Shown: piece by piece, positions 41,001 through 55,900 of the stretch | How positions within the stretch are numbered: the first letter of the stretch is position 1 | Layout of the letters: every line of letters begins with the position of its first letter | DNA from: Auanema rhodensis | Lineage: Eukaryota; Animalia; Nematoda | Reading direction: 5' to 3' | Length of the DNA stretch: 64,000 bases | Assembly (NCBI GenBank): GCA_964057225.1 | Contig: CAXKVF010000072.1 | Location: forward strand, 248,001 to 312,000 | The notes under the pieces: model-generated | The model's input: the letters and a program-made list of their open reading frames with translations, nothing else | Database searches by the model: none | Told to the model about the DNA's origin: nothing | Made by a program: the position numbers and the translations under genes

Positions 41001-43824
41001 TCATGGTTACCATGAAGCAATATCAATAAAAATTTGTTTTTAGACTAATATGGACATGAAGAATCTAATTTTGAAAACCGCATCTCTTTATCTTTCACGT
41101 GAAGCGAGTTACATACCAAGTGCACATCACGTGTACATTTAATTAGCATAAATTAAAGTTCACGTAAATTTCAAAGTCATGGTTACCATGAACCAATATC
41201 AATAAAAATTTGTTTTTAGACTAATATGGACATGGGGAATCTAATTTTGAAAACCGCATCTCTTTATCTTTCACGTGAAGCGAGTTACATACCAAGTGCA
41301 CATCACGTGTACATTTAATTAGCATAAATTAAAGTTCACGTAAATTTCAAAGTCATGGTTACCATGAACCAATATCAATAAAAATTTGTTTTTAGACTAA
41401 TATGGACATGGGTAATCTAATTTTGAAAACCGCATCTCTTTATCTTTCACGTGAAGCGAGTTACATACCAAGTGCACATCACGTGTACATTTAATTAGCA
41501 TAAATTAAAGTTCACGTAAATTTCAAAGTCATGGTTACCATGCACCAATATCAATAAAAATTTGTTTTTAGACTAATATGGACATGGGGAATCTAATTTT
41601 GAAAACCGCATCTCTTTATCTTTCACGTGAAGCGAGTTACATACCAAGTGCACATCACGTGTACATTTAATTAGCATAAATTAAAGTTCACGTAAATTTC
41701 AAAGTTATGGTTACCATGCACCAATATCAATAAAAATTTGTTTTTAGACTAAAATGGACATGGGGAATCTAATTTTGAAAACCCCATCTCTTTATCTTTC
41801 ACGTGAAGCGAGTTACATACCAAGTGCACATCACGTGTACATTTAATTAGCATAAATTAAAGTTCACGTAAATTTCAAAGTCATGGTTACCATGAACCAA
41901 TATCAATAAAAATTTGTTTTTAGACTAATATGGACATGGGGAATCTAATTTTGAAAACCGCATCTCTTTATCTTTCACGTGAAGCGAGTTACATACCAAG
42001 TGCACATCACGTGTACATTTAATTAGCATAAATTAAAGTTCACGTAAATTTCAAAGTCATGGTTACCATGAACCAATATCAATAAAAATTTGTTTTTAGA
42101 CTAATATGCACATGGGGAATCTAATTTTGAAAACCGCATCTCTTTATCTTTCACGTGAAGCGAGTTACATACCAAGTGCACATCACGTGTACATTTAATT
42201 AGCATAAATTAAAGTTCACGTAAATTTCAAAGTCATGGTTACCATGAACCAATATCAATAAAAATTTGTTTTTAGTCTAATATGGACATGGGGAATCTAA
42301 TTTTGAAAACCGCATCTCTTTATCTTTCACGTGAAGCGAGTTACATACCAAGTGCACATCACGTGTACATTTAATTAGCATAAATTAAAGTTCACGTAAA
42401 TTTCAAAGTCATGGTTACCATGAAGCAATATCAATAAAAATTTGTTTTTAGACTAATATGGACATGGGGAATCTAATTTTGAAAACCGCTTCTCTTTATC
42501 TTTCACGTGAAGCGAGTTACATACCAAGTGCACATCACGTGTACATTTAATTAGCATAAATTAAAGTTCACGTAAATTTCAAAGTCATGGTTACCATGAA
42601 GCAATATCAATAAAAATTTGTTTTTAGACTAATATGGACATGAAGAATCTAATTTTGAAAACCGCATCTCTTTATCTTTCACGTGAAGCGAGTTACATAC
42701 CAAGTGCACATCACGTGTACATTTAATTAGCATAAATTAAAGTTCACGTAAATTTCAAAGTCAAGGTTACCATGAACCAATATCAATAAAAATTTGTTTT
42801 TAGACTAATATGGACATGGGGAATCTAATTTTGAAAACCGCATCTCTTTATCTTTCACGTGAAGCGAGTTACATACCAAGTGCACATCACGTGTACATTT
42901 AATTAGCATAAATTAAAGTTCACGTAAATTTCAAAGTCATGGTTACCATGAACCAATATCAATAAAAATTTGTTTTTAGACTAATATGGACATGGGTAAT
43001 CTAATTTTGAAAACCGCATCTCTTTATCTTTCACGTGAAGCGAGTTACATACCAAGTGCACATCACGTGTACATTTAATTAGCATAAATTAAAGTTCACG
43101 TAAATTTCAAAGTCATGGTTACCATGCACCAATATCAATAAAAATTTGTTTTTAGACTAATATGGACATGGGGAATCTAATTTTGAAAACCGCATCTCTT
43201 TATCTTTCACGTGAAGCGAGTTACATACCAAGTGCACATCACGTGTACATTTAATTAGCATAAATTAAAGTTCACGTAAATTTCAAAGTCATGGTTACCA
43301 TGAACCAATATCAATAAAAATTTGTTTTTAGACTAATATGGACATGGGGAATCTAATTTTGAAAACCGCATCTCTTTATCTTTCACGTGAAGCGAGTTAC
43401 ATACCAAGTGCACATCACGTGTACATTTAATTAGCATAAATTAAAGTTCACGTAAATTTCAAAGTCATGGTTACCATGAACCAATATCAATAAAAATTTG
43501 TTTTTAGACTAATATGGACATGGGTAATCTAATTTTGAAAACCGCATCTCTTTATCTTTCACGTGAAGCGAGTTACATACCAAGTGCACATCACGTGTAC
43601 ATTTAATTAGCATAAATTAAAGTTCACGTAAATTTCAAAGTCATGGTTACCATGCACCAATATCAATAAAAATTTGTTTTTAGACTAATATGGACATGGG
43701 GAATCTAATTTTGAAAACCGCATCTCTTTATCTTTCACGTGAAGCGAGTTACATACCAAGTGCACATCACGTGTACATTTAATTAGCATAAATTAAAGTT
43801 CACGTAAATTTCAAAGTCATGGTT

Positions 43825-43991
43825 ACCATGCACCAATATCAATAAAAATTTGTTTTTAGACTAATATGGACATGGGGAATCTAATTTTGAAAACCGCATC
43901 TCTTTATCTTTCACGTTACATACCAAGTGCACATCACGTGTACATTTAATTAGCATAAATTTAAGTTCACGTAAATTTCAAAGTCATGGTT
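43825..43991 (+). repeat. 167-bp deletion monomer
   Basis: Reads TCACGT|TACATA instead of TCACGTGAAGCGAGTTACATA. It also carries p147T. Confidence 0.95.
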
Positions 43992-46900
43992 ACCATGCAC
44001 CAATATCAATAAAAATTTGTTTTTAGACTAATATGGACATGGGGAATCTAATTTTGAAAACCGCATCTCTTTATCTTTCACGTGAAGCGAGTTACATACC
44101 AAGTGCACATCACGTGTACATTTAATTAGCATAAATTAAAGTTCACGTAAATTTCAAAGTCATGGTTACCATGAACCAATATCAATAAAAATTTGTTTTT
44201 AGACTAATATGGACATGGGGAATCTAATTTTGAAAACCGCATCTCTTTATCTTTCACGTGAAGCGAGTTACATACCAAGTGCACATCACGTGTACATTTA
44301 ATTAGCATAAATTAAAGTTCACGTAAATTTCAAAGTCATGGTTACCATGAACCAATATCAATAAACATTTGTTTTTAGACTAATATGCACATGGGGAATC
44401 TAATTTTGAAAACCGCATCTCTTTATCTTTCACGTGAAGCGAGTTACATACCAAGTGCACATCACGTGTACATTTAATTAGCATAAATTAAAGTTCACGT
44501 AAATTTCAAAGTCATGGTTACCATGAACCAATATCAATAAAAATTTGTTTTTAGACTAATATGGACATGGGGAATCTAATTTTGAAAACCGCATCTCTTT
44601 ATCTTTCACGTGAAGCGAGTTACATACCAAGTGCACATCACGTGTACATTTAATTAGCATAAATTAAAGTTCACGTAAATTTCAAAGTCATGGTTACCAT
44701 GAAGCAATATCAATAAAAATTTGTTTTTAGACTAATATGGACATGGGGAATCTAATTTTGAAAACCGCTTCTCTTTATCTTTCACGTGAAGCGAGTTACA
44801 TACCAAGTGCACATCACGTGTACATTTAATTAGCATAAATTAAAGTTCACGTAAATTTCAAAGTCATGGTTACCATGAAGCAATATCAATAAAAATTTGT
44901 TTTTAGACTAATATGGACATGAAGAATCTAATTTTGAAAACCGCATCTCTTTATCTTTCACGTGAAGCGAGTTACATACCAAGTGCACATCACGTGTACA
45001 TTTAATTAGCATAAATTAAAGTTCACGTAAATTTCAAAGTCAAGGTTACCATGAACCAATATCAATAAAAATTTGTTTTTAGACTAATATGGACATGGGG
45101 AATCTAATTTTGAAAACCGCATCTCTTTATCTTTCACGTGAAGCGAGTTACATACCAAGTGCACATCACGTGTACATTTAATTAGCATAAATTAAAGTTC
45201 ACGTAAATTTCAAAGTCATGGTTACCATGAACCAATATCAATAAAAATTTGTTTTTAGACTAATATGGACATGGGTAATCTAATTTTGAAAACCGCATCT
45301 CTTTATCTTTCACGTGAAGCGAGTTACATACCAAGTGCACATCACGTGTACATTTAATTAGCATAAATTAAAGTTCACGTAAATTTCAAAGTCATGGTTA
45401 CCATGCACCAATATCAATAAAAATTTGTTTTTAGACTAATATGGACATGGGGAATCTAATTTTGAAAACCGCATCTCTTTATCTTTCACGTGAAGCGAGT
45501 TACATACCAAGTGCACATCACGTGTACATTTAATTAGCATAAATTAAAGTTCACGTAAATTTCAAAGTCATGGTTACCATGAACCAATATCAATAAAAAT
45601 TTGTTTTTAGACTAATATGGACATGGGGAATCTAATTTTGAAAACCGCATCTCTTTATCTTTCACGTGAAGCGAGTTACATACCAAGTGCACATCACGTG
45701 TACATTTAATTAGCATAAATTAAAGTTCACGTAAATTTCAAAGTCATGGTTACCATGAACCAATATCAATAAAAATTTGTTTTTAGACTAATATGGACAT
45801 GGGTAATCTAATTTTGAAAACCGCATCTCTTTATCTTTCACGTGAAGCGAGTTACATACCAAGTGCACATCACGTGTACATTTAATTAGCATAAATTAAA
45901 GTTCACGTAAATTTCAAAGTCATGGTTACCATGCACCAATATCAATAAAAATTTGTTTTTAGACTAATATGGACATGGGGAATCTAATTTTGAAAACCGC
46001 ATCTCTTTATCTTTCACGTGAAGCGAGTTACATACCAAGTGCACATCACGTGTACATTTAATTAGCATAAATTAAAGTTCACGTAAATTTCAAAGTCATG
46101 GTTACCATGAACCAATATCAATAAAAATTTGTTTTTAGACTAATATGGACATGGGGAATCTAATTTTGAAAACCGCATCTCTTTATCTTTCACGTGAAGC
46201 GAGTTACATACCAAGTGCACATCACGTGTACATTTAATTAGCATAAATTAAAGTTCACGTAAATTTCAAAGTCATGGTTACCATGAACCAATATCAATAA
46301 AAATTTGTTTTTAGACTAATATGGACATGGGGAATCTAATTTTGAAAACCGCATCTCTTTATCTTTCACGTGAAGCGAGTTACATACCAAGTGCACATCA
46401 CGTGTACATTTAATTAGCATAAATTAAAGTTCACGTAAATTTCAAAGTCATGGTTACCATGAAGCAATATCAATAAAAATTTGTTTTTAGACTAATATGG
46501 ACATGGGGAATCTAATTTTGAAAACCGCATCTCTTTATCTTTCACGTGAAGCGAGTTACATACCAAGTGCACATCACGTGTACATTTAATTAGCATAAAT
46601 TAAAGTTCACGTAAATTTCAAAGTCATGGTTACCATGAACCAATATCAATAAAAATTTGTTTTTAGACTAATATGGACATGGGGAATCTAATTTTGAAAA
46701 CCGCATCTCTTTATCTTTCACGTGAAGCGAGTTACATACCAAGTGCACATCACGTGTACATTTAATTAGCATAAATTAAAGTTCACGTAAATTTCAAAGT
46801 CATGGTTACCATGAAGCAATATCAATAAAAATTTGTTTTTAGACTAATATGGACATGGGGAATCTAATTTTGAAAACCGCATCTCTTTATCTTTCACGTG

Positions 46901-49900
46901 AAGCGAGTTACATACCAAGTGCACATCACGTGTACATTTAATTAGCATAAATTAAAGTTCACGTAAATTTCAAAGTCATGGTTACCATGAAGCAATATCA
47001 ATAAAAATTTGTTTTTAGACTAATATGGACATGGGGAATCTAATTTTGAAAACCGCATCTCTTTATCTTTCACGTGAAGCGAGTTACATACCAAGTGCAC
47101 ATCACGTGTACATTTAATTAGCATAAATTAAAGTTCACGTAAATTTTAAAGTCATGGTTACCATGAACCAATATCAATAAAAATTTGTTTTTAGACTAAT
47201 ATGGACATGGGGAATCTAATTTTGAAAACCGCATCTCTTTATCTTTCACGCGAAGCGAGTTACATACCAAGTGCACATCACGTGTACATTTAATTAGCAT
47301 AAATTAAAGTTCACGTAAATTTTAAAGTCATGGTTACCATGAACCAATATCAATAAAAATTTGTTTTTAGACTAATATGGACATGGGGAATCTAATTTTG
47401 AAAACCGCATCTCTTTATCTTTCACGCGAAGCGAGTTACATACCAAGTGCACATCACGTGTACATTTAATTAGCATAAATTAAAGTTCACGTAAATTTCA
47501 AAGTCATGGTTACCATGAACCAATATCAATAAAAATTTGTTTTTAGACTAATATGGACATGGGGAATCTAATTTTGAAAACCGCATCTCTTTATCTTTCA
47601 CGTGAAGCGAGTTACATACCAAGTGCACATCACGTGTACATTTAATTAGCATAAATTAAAGTTCACGTAAATTTCAAAGTCATGGTTACCATGAACCAAT
47701 ATCAATAAAAATTTGTTTTTAGACTAATATGGACATGGGGAATCTAATTTTGAAAACCGCATTTCTTTATCTTTCACGTGAAGCGAGTTACATACCAAGT
47801 GCACATCACGTGTACATTTAATTAGCATAAATTAAAGTTCACGTAAATTTCAAAGTCATGGTTACCATGAAGCAATATCAATAAAAATTTGTTTTTAGAC
47901 TAATATGGACATGGGGAATCTAATTTTGAAAACCGCATATCTTTATCTTTCACGTGAAGCGAGTTACATACCAAGTGCACATCACGTGTACATTTAATTA
48001 GCATAAATTAAAGTTCACGTAAAATTTAAAGTCATGGTTACCATGAAGCAATATCAATAAAAATTTGTTTTTAGACTAATATGGACATGGGGAATCTAAT
48101 TTTGAAAACCGCATCTCTTTATCTTTCACGTGAAGCGAGTTACATACCAAGTGCACATCACGTGTACATTTAATTAGCATAAATTAAAGTTCACGTAAAT
48201 TTCAAAGTCATGGTTACCATGAACCAATATCAATAAAAATTTGTTTTTAGACTAATATGGACATGGGGAATCTAATTTTGAAAACCGCATCTCTTTATCT
48301 TTCACGTGAAGCGAGTTACATACCAAGTGCACATCACGTGTACATTTAATTAGCATAAATTAAAGTTCACGTAAATTTCAAAGTCATGGTTACTATGAAG
48401 CAATATCAATAAAAATTTGTTTTTAGACTAATATGGACATGGGGAATCTAATTTTGAAAACCGCATCTCTTTATCTTTCACGTGAAGCGAGTTACATACC
48501 AAGTGCACATCACGTGTACATTTAATTAGCATAAATTTAAGTTCACGTAAATTTCAAAGTCATGGTTACCATGCACCAATATCAATAAAAATTTGTTTTT
48601 AGACTAATATGGACATGGGGGATCTAATTTCGAAAACCGCATCTCTTTATCTTTCACGTGAAGCGAGTTACATACCAAGTGCACATCACGTGTACATTTA
48701 ATTAGCATAAATTAAAGTTCACGTAAATTTCAAAGTCATGGTTACCATGAACCAATATCAATAAAAATTTGTTTTTAGACTAATATGGACATGGGTAATC
48801 TAATTTTGAAAACCGCATCTCTTTATCTTTCACGTGAAGCGAGTTACATACCAAGTGCACATCACGTGTACATTTAATTAGCATAAATTAAAGTTCACGT
48901 AAATTTCAAAGTCATGGTTACCATGCACCAATATCAATAAAAATTTGTTTTTAGACTAATATGGACATGGGGAATCTAATTTTGAAAACCGCATCTCTTT
49001 ATCTTTCACGTGAAGCGAGTTACATACCAAGTGCACATCACGTGTACATTTAATTAGCATAAATTAAAGTTCACGTAAATTTCAAAGTCATGGTTACCTT
49101 GCACCAATATCAATAAAAATTTGTTTTTAGACTAATATGGACATGGGGAATCTAATTTTGAAAACCGCATCTCTTTATCTTTCACGTGAAGCGAGTTACA
49201 TACCAAGTGCACATCACGTGTACATTTAATTAGCATAAATTAAAGTTCACGTAAATTTCAAAGTCATGGTTACCATGAACCAATATCAATAAAAATTTGT
49301 TTTTAGACTAATATGGACATGGGGAATCTAATTTTGAAAACCGCATCTCTTCATCTTTCACGTGAAGCGAGTTACATACCAAGTGCACATCACGTGTACA
49401 TTTAATTAGCATAAATTAAAGTTCACGTAAATTTCAAAGTCATGGTTACCATGCACCAATATCAATAAAAATTTGTTTTTAGACTAATATGGACATGGGG
49501 AATCTAATTTTGAAAACCGCATCTCTTTATCTTTCACGTGAAGCGAGTTACATACCAAGTGCACATCACGTGTACATTTAATTAGCATAAATTAAAGTTC
49601 ACGTAAAATTCAAAGTCATGGTTACCATGAACCAATATCAATAAAAATTTGTTTTTAGACTAATATGGACATGGGGAATCTAATTTTGAAAACCGCATCT
49701 CTTTATCTTTCACGTGAAGCGAGTTACATACCAAGTGCACATCACGTGTACATTTAATTAGCATAAATTAAAGTTCACGTAAAATTCAAAGTCATGGTTA
49801 CCATGCACCAATATCAATAAAAATTTGTTTTTAGACTAATATGCACATGGGGAATCTAATTTTGAAAACCGCATCTCTTTATCTTTCACGTGAAGCGAGT

Positions 49901-52900
49901 TACATACCAAGTGCACATCACGTGTACATTTAATTAGCATAAATTAAAGTTCACGTAAATTTCAAAGTCATGGTTACCATGCACCAATATCAATAAAAAT
50001 TTGTTTTTAGACTAATATGGACATGGGGAATCTAATTTTGAAAACCGCATCTCTTTATCTTTCACGTGAAGCGAGTTACATACCAAGTGCACATCACGTG
50101 TACATTTAATTAGCATAAATTAAAGTTCACGTAAATTTCAAAGTCATGGTTACCATGAACCAATATCAATAAAAATTTGTTTTTAGACTAATATGGACAT
50201 GAGGAATCTAATTTTGAAAACCGCATCTCTTTATCTTTCACGTGAAGCGACTTACATACCAAGTGCACATCACGTGTACATTTAATTAGCATAAATTAAA
50301 GTTCACGTAAATTTCAAAGTCATGGTTACCATGAACCAATATCAATACAAAATTTGTTTTTAGACTAATATGGACATGTTGAATCTAATTTTGAAAACCG
50401 CATCTCTTTATCTTTCACGTGAAGCGAGTTACATACCAAGTGCACATCACGTGTACATTTAATTAGCATAAATTAAAGTTCACGTAAATTTCAAAGTCAT
50501 GGTTACCATGAAGCAATATCAATAAAAATTTGTTTTTAGACTAATATGGACATGAAGAATCTAATTTTGAAAACCGCATCTCTTTATCTTTCACGTGAAG
50601 CGAGTTACATACCAAGTGCACATCACGTGTACATTTAATTAGCATAAATTAAAGTTCACGTAAATTTCAAAGTCATGGTTACCATGAACCAATATCAATA
50701 AAAATTTGTTTTTAGACTAATATGGACATGGGGAATCTAATTTTGAAAACCGCATCTCTTTATCTTTCACGTGAAGCGAGTTACATACCAAGTGCACATC
50801 ACGTGTACATTTAATTAGCATAAATTAAAGTTCACGTAAATTTCAAAGTCATGGTTACCATGAAGCAATATCAATAAAAATTTGTTTTTAGACTAATATG
50901 GACATGGGGAATCTAATTTTGAAAACCGCTTCTCTTTATCTTTCACGTGAAGCGAGTTACATACCAAGTGCACATCACGTGTACATTTAATTAGCATAAA
51001 TTAAAGTTCACGTAAATTTCAAAGTCATGGTTACCATGAAGCAATATCAATAAAAATTTGTTTTTAGACTAATATGGACATGAAGAATCTAATTTTGAAA
51101 ACCGCATCTCTTTATCTTTCACGTGAAGCGAGTTACATACCAAGTGCACATCACGTGTACATTTAATTAGCATAAATTAAAGTTCACGTAAATTTCAAAG
51201 TCATGGTTACCATGAACCAATATCAATAAAAATTTGTTTTTAGACTAATATGGACATGGGGAATCTAATTTTGAAAACCGCATCTCTTTATCTTTCACGT
51301 GAAGCGAGTTACATACCAAGTGCACATCACGTGTACATTTAATTAGCATAAATTAAAGTTCACGTAAATTTCAAAGTCATGGTTACCATGAAGCAATATC
51401 AATAAAAATTTGTTTTTAGACTAATATGGACATGAAGAATCTAATTTTGAAAACCGCATCTCTTTATCTTTCACGTGAAGCGAGTTACATACCAAGTGCA
51501 CATCACGTGTACATTTAATTAGCATAAATTAAAGTTCACGTAAATTTCAAAGTCATGGTTACCATGAACCAATATCAATAAAAATTTGTTTTTAGACTAA
51601 TATGGACATGGGGAATCTAATTTTGAAAACCGCATCTCTTTATCTTTCACGTGAAGCGAGTTACATACCAAGTGCACATCACGTGTACATTTAATTAGCA
51701 TAAATTAAAGTTCACGTAAATTTCAAAGTCATGGTTACCATGAACCAATATCAATAAAAATTTGTTTTTAGACTAATATGGACATGGGGAATCTAATTTT
51801 GAAAACCGCATCTCTTTATCTTTCACGTGAAGCGAGTTACATACCAAGTGCACATCACGTGTACATTTAATTAGCATAAATTAAAGTTCACGTAAATTTC
51901 AAAGTCATGGTTACCATGAAGCAATATCAATAAAAATTTGTTTTTAGACTAATATGGACATGGGGAATCTAATTTTGAAAACCGCATCTCTTTATCTTTC
52001 ACGTGAAGCGAGTTACATACCAAGTGCACATCACGTGTACATTTAATTAGCATAAATTAAAGTTCACGTAAATTTCAAAGTCATAGTTACCATGAACCAA
52101 TATCAATAAAAATTTGTTTTTAGACTAATATGGACATGGGGAATCTAATTTTGAAAACCGCATCTCTTTATCTTTCACGTGAAGCGAGTTACATACCAAG
52201 TACACATCACGTGTACATTTAATTAGCATAAATTAAAGTTCACGTAAATTTCAAAGTCATGGTTACCATGAACCAATATCAATAAAAATTTGTTTTTAGA
52301 CTAATATGCACATGGGGAATCTAATTTTGAAAACCGCATCTCTTTATCTTTCACGTGAAGCGAGTTACATACCAAGTGCACATCACGTGTACATTTAATT
52401 AGCATAAATTAAAGTTCACGTAAATTTCAAAGTCATGGTTACCATGAACCAATATCAATAAAAATTTGTTTTTAGACTAATATGGACATGGGGAATCTAA
52501 TTTTGAAAACCGCATCTCTTTATCTTTCACGTGAAGCGAGTTACATACCAAGTGCACATCACGTGTACATTTAATTAGCATAAATTAAAGTTCACGTAAA
52601 TTTCAAAGTCATGGTTACCATGAAGCAATATCAATAAAAATTTGTTTTTAGACTAATATGGACATGGGGAATCTAATTTTGAAAACCGCTTCTCTTTATC
52701 TTTCACGTGAAGCGAGTTACATACCAAGTGCACATCACGTGTACATTTAATTAGCATAAATTAAAGTTCACGTAAATTTCAAAGTCATGGTTACCATGAA
52801 CCAATATCAATAAAAATTTGTTTTTAGACTAATATGGACATGGGTAATCTAATTTTGAAAACCGCATCTCTTTATCTTTCACGTGAAGCGAGTTACATAC

Positions 52901-55900
52901 CAAGTGCACATCACGTGTACATTTAATTAGCATAAATTAAAGTTCACGTAAATTTCAAAGTCATGGTTACCATGCACCAATATCAATAAAAATTTGTTTT
53001 TAGACTAATATGGACATGGGGAATCTAATTTTGAAAACCGCATCTTTTTATCTTTCACGTGAAGCGAGTTACATACCAAGTGCACATCACGTGTACATTT
53101 AATTAGCATAAATTAAAGTTCACGTAAATTTCAAAGTCATGGTTACCATGAACCAATATCAATAAAAATTTGTTTTTAGACTAATATGGACATGGGGAAT
53201 CTAATTTTGAAAACCGCATCTCTTTATCTTTCACGTGAAGCGAGTTACATACCAAGTGCACATCACGTGTACATTTAATTAGCATAAATTAAAGTTCACG
53301 TAAATTTCAAAGTCATGGTTACCATGAACCAATATCAATAAAAATTTGTTTTTAGACTAATATGGACATGGGGAATCTAATTTTGAAAACCGCATCTCTT
53401 TATCTTTCACGTGAAGCGAGTTACATACCAAGTGCACATCACGTGTACATTTAATTAGCATAAATTAAAGTTCACGTAAATTTCAAAGTCATGGTTACCA
53501 TGAACCAATATCAATAAAAATTTGTTTTTAGACTAATATGGACATGGGTAATCTAATTTTGAAAACCGCATCTCTTTATCTTTCACGTGAAGCGAGTTAC
53601 ATACCAAGTGCACATCACGTGTACATTTAATTAGCATAAATTAAAGTTCACGTAAATTTCAAAGTCATGGTTACCATGCACCAATATCAATAAAAATTTG
53701 TTTTTAGACTAATATGGACATGGGGAATCTAATTTTGAAAACCGCATCTCTTTATCTTTCACGTGAAGCGAGTTACATACCAAGTGCACATCACGTGTAC
53801 ATTTAATTAGCATAAATTAAAGTTCACGTAAATTTCAAAGTCATGGTTACCATGAACCAATATCAATAAAAATTTGTTTTTAGACTAATATGGACATGGG
53901 GAATCTAATTTTGAAAACCGCATCTCTTTATCTTTCACGTGAAGCGAGTTACATACCAAGTGCACATCACGTGTACATTTAATTAGCATAAATTAAAGTT
54001 CACGTAAATTTCAAAGTCATGGTTACCATGCACCAATATCAATAAAAATTTGTTTTTAGACTAATATGCACATGGGGAATCTAATTTTGAAAACCGCATC
54101 TCTTTATCTTTCACGTGAAGCGAGTTACATACCAAGTGCACATCACGTGTACATTTAATTAGCATAAATTAAAGTTCACGTAAATTTCAAAGTCATGGTT
54201 ACCATGCACCAATATCAATAAAAATTTGTTTTTAGACTAATATGGACATGGGGAATCTAATTTTGAAAACCGCATCTCTTTATCTTTCACGTGAAGCGAG
54301 TTACATACCAAGTGCACATCACGTGTACATTTAATTAGCATAAATTAAAGTTCACGTAAATTTCAAAGTCATGGTTACCATGAACCAATATCAATAAAAA
54401 TTTGTTTTTAGACTAATATGGACATGAGGAATCTAATTTTGAAAACCGCATCTCTTTATCTTTCACGTGAAGCGAGTTACATACCAAGTGCACATCACGT
54501 GTACATTTAATTAGCATAAATTAAAGTTCACGTAAATTTCAAAGTCATGGTTACCATGAACCAATATCAATAAAAATTTGTTTTTAGACTAATATGGACA
54601 TGGGGAATCTAATTTTGAAAACCGCATCTCTTTATCTTTCACGTGAAGCGAGTTACATACCAAATGCACATCACGTGTACATTTAATTAGCATAAATTAA
54701 AGTTCACGTAAATTTCAAAGTCATGGTTACCATGAAGCAATATCAATAAAAATTTGTTTTTAGACTAATATGGACATGGGGAATCTAATTTTGAAAACCG
54801 CTTCTCTTTATCTTTCACGTGAAGCGAGTTACATACCAAGTGCACATCACGTGTACATTTAATTAGCATAAATTAAAGTTCACGTAAATTTCAAAGTCAT
54901 GGTTACCATGAAGCAATATCAATAAAAATTTGTTTTTAGACTAATATGGACATGAAGAATCTAATTTTGAAAACCGCATCTCTTTATCTTTCACGTGAAG
55001 CGAGTTACATACCAAGTGCACATCACGTGTACATTTAATTAGCATAAATTAAAGTTCACGTAAATTTCAAAGTCATGGTTACCATGAACCAATATCAATA
55101 AAAATTTGTTTTTAGACTAATATGGACATGGGGAATCTAATTTTGAAAACCGCATCTCTTTATCTTTCACGTGAAGCGAGTTACATACCAAGTGCACATC
55201 ACGTGTACATTTAATTAGCATAAATTAAAGTTCACGTAAATTTCAAAGTCATGGTTACCATGCACCAATATCAATAAAAATTTGTTTTTAGACTAATATG
55301 GACATGGGGAATCTAATTTTGAAAACCGCATCTCTTTATCTTTCACGTGAAGCGAGTTACATACCAAGTGCACATCACGTGTACATTTAATTAGCATAAA
55401 TTAAAGTTCACGTAAATTTCAAAGTCATGGTTACCATGAACCAATATCAATAAAAATTTGTTTTTAGACTAATATGGACATGAGGAATCTAATTTTGAAA
55501 ACCGCATCTCTTTATCTTTCACGTGAAGCGAGTTACATACCAAGTGCACATCACGTGTACATTTAATTAGCATAAATTAAAGTTCACGTAAATTTCAAAG
55601 TCATGGTTACCATGAACCAATATCAATAAAAATTTGTTTTTAGACTAATATGGACATGGGGAATCTAATTTTGAAAACCGCATCTCTTTATCTTTCACGT
55701 GAAGCGAGTTACATACCAAGTGCACATCACGTGTACATTTAATTAGCATAAATTAAAGTTCACGTAAATTTCAAAGTCATGGTTACCATGAAGCAATATC
55801 AATAAAAATTTGTTTTTAGACTAATATGGACATGGGGAATCTAATTTTGAGAACCGCTTCTCTTTATCTTTCACGTGAAGCGAGTTACATACCAAGTGCA

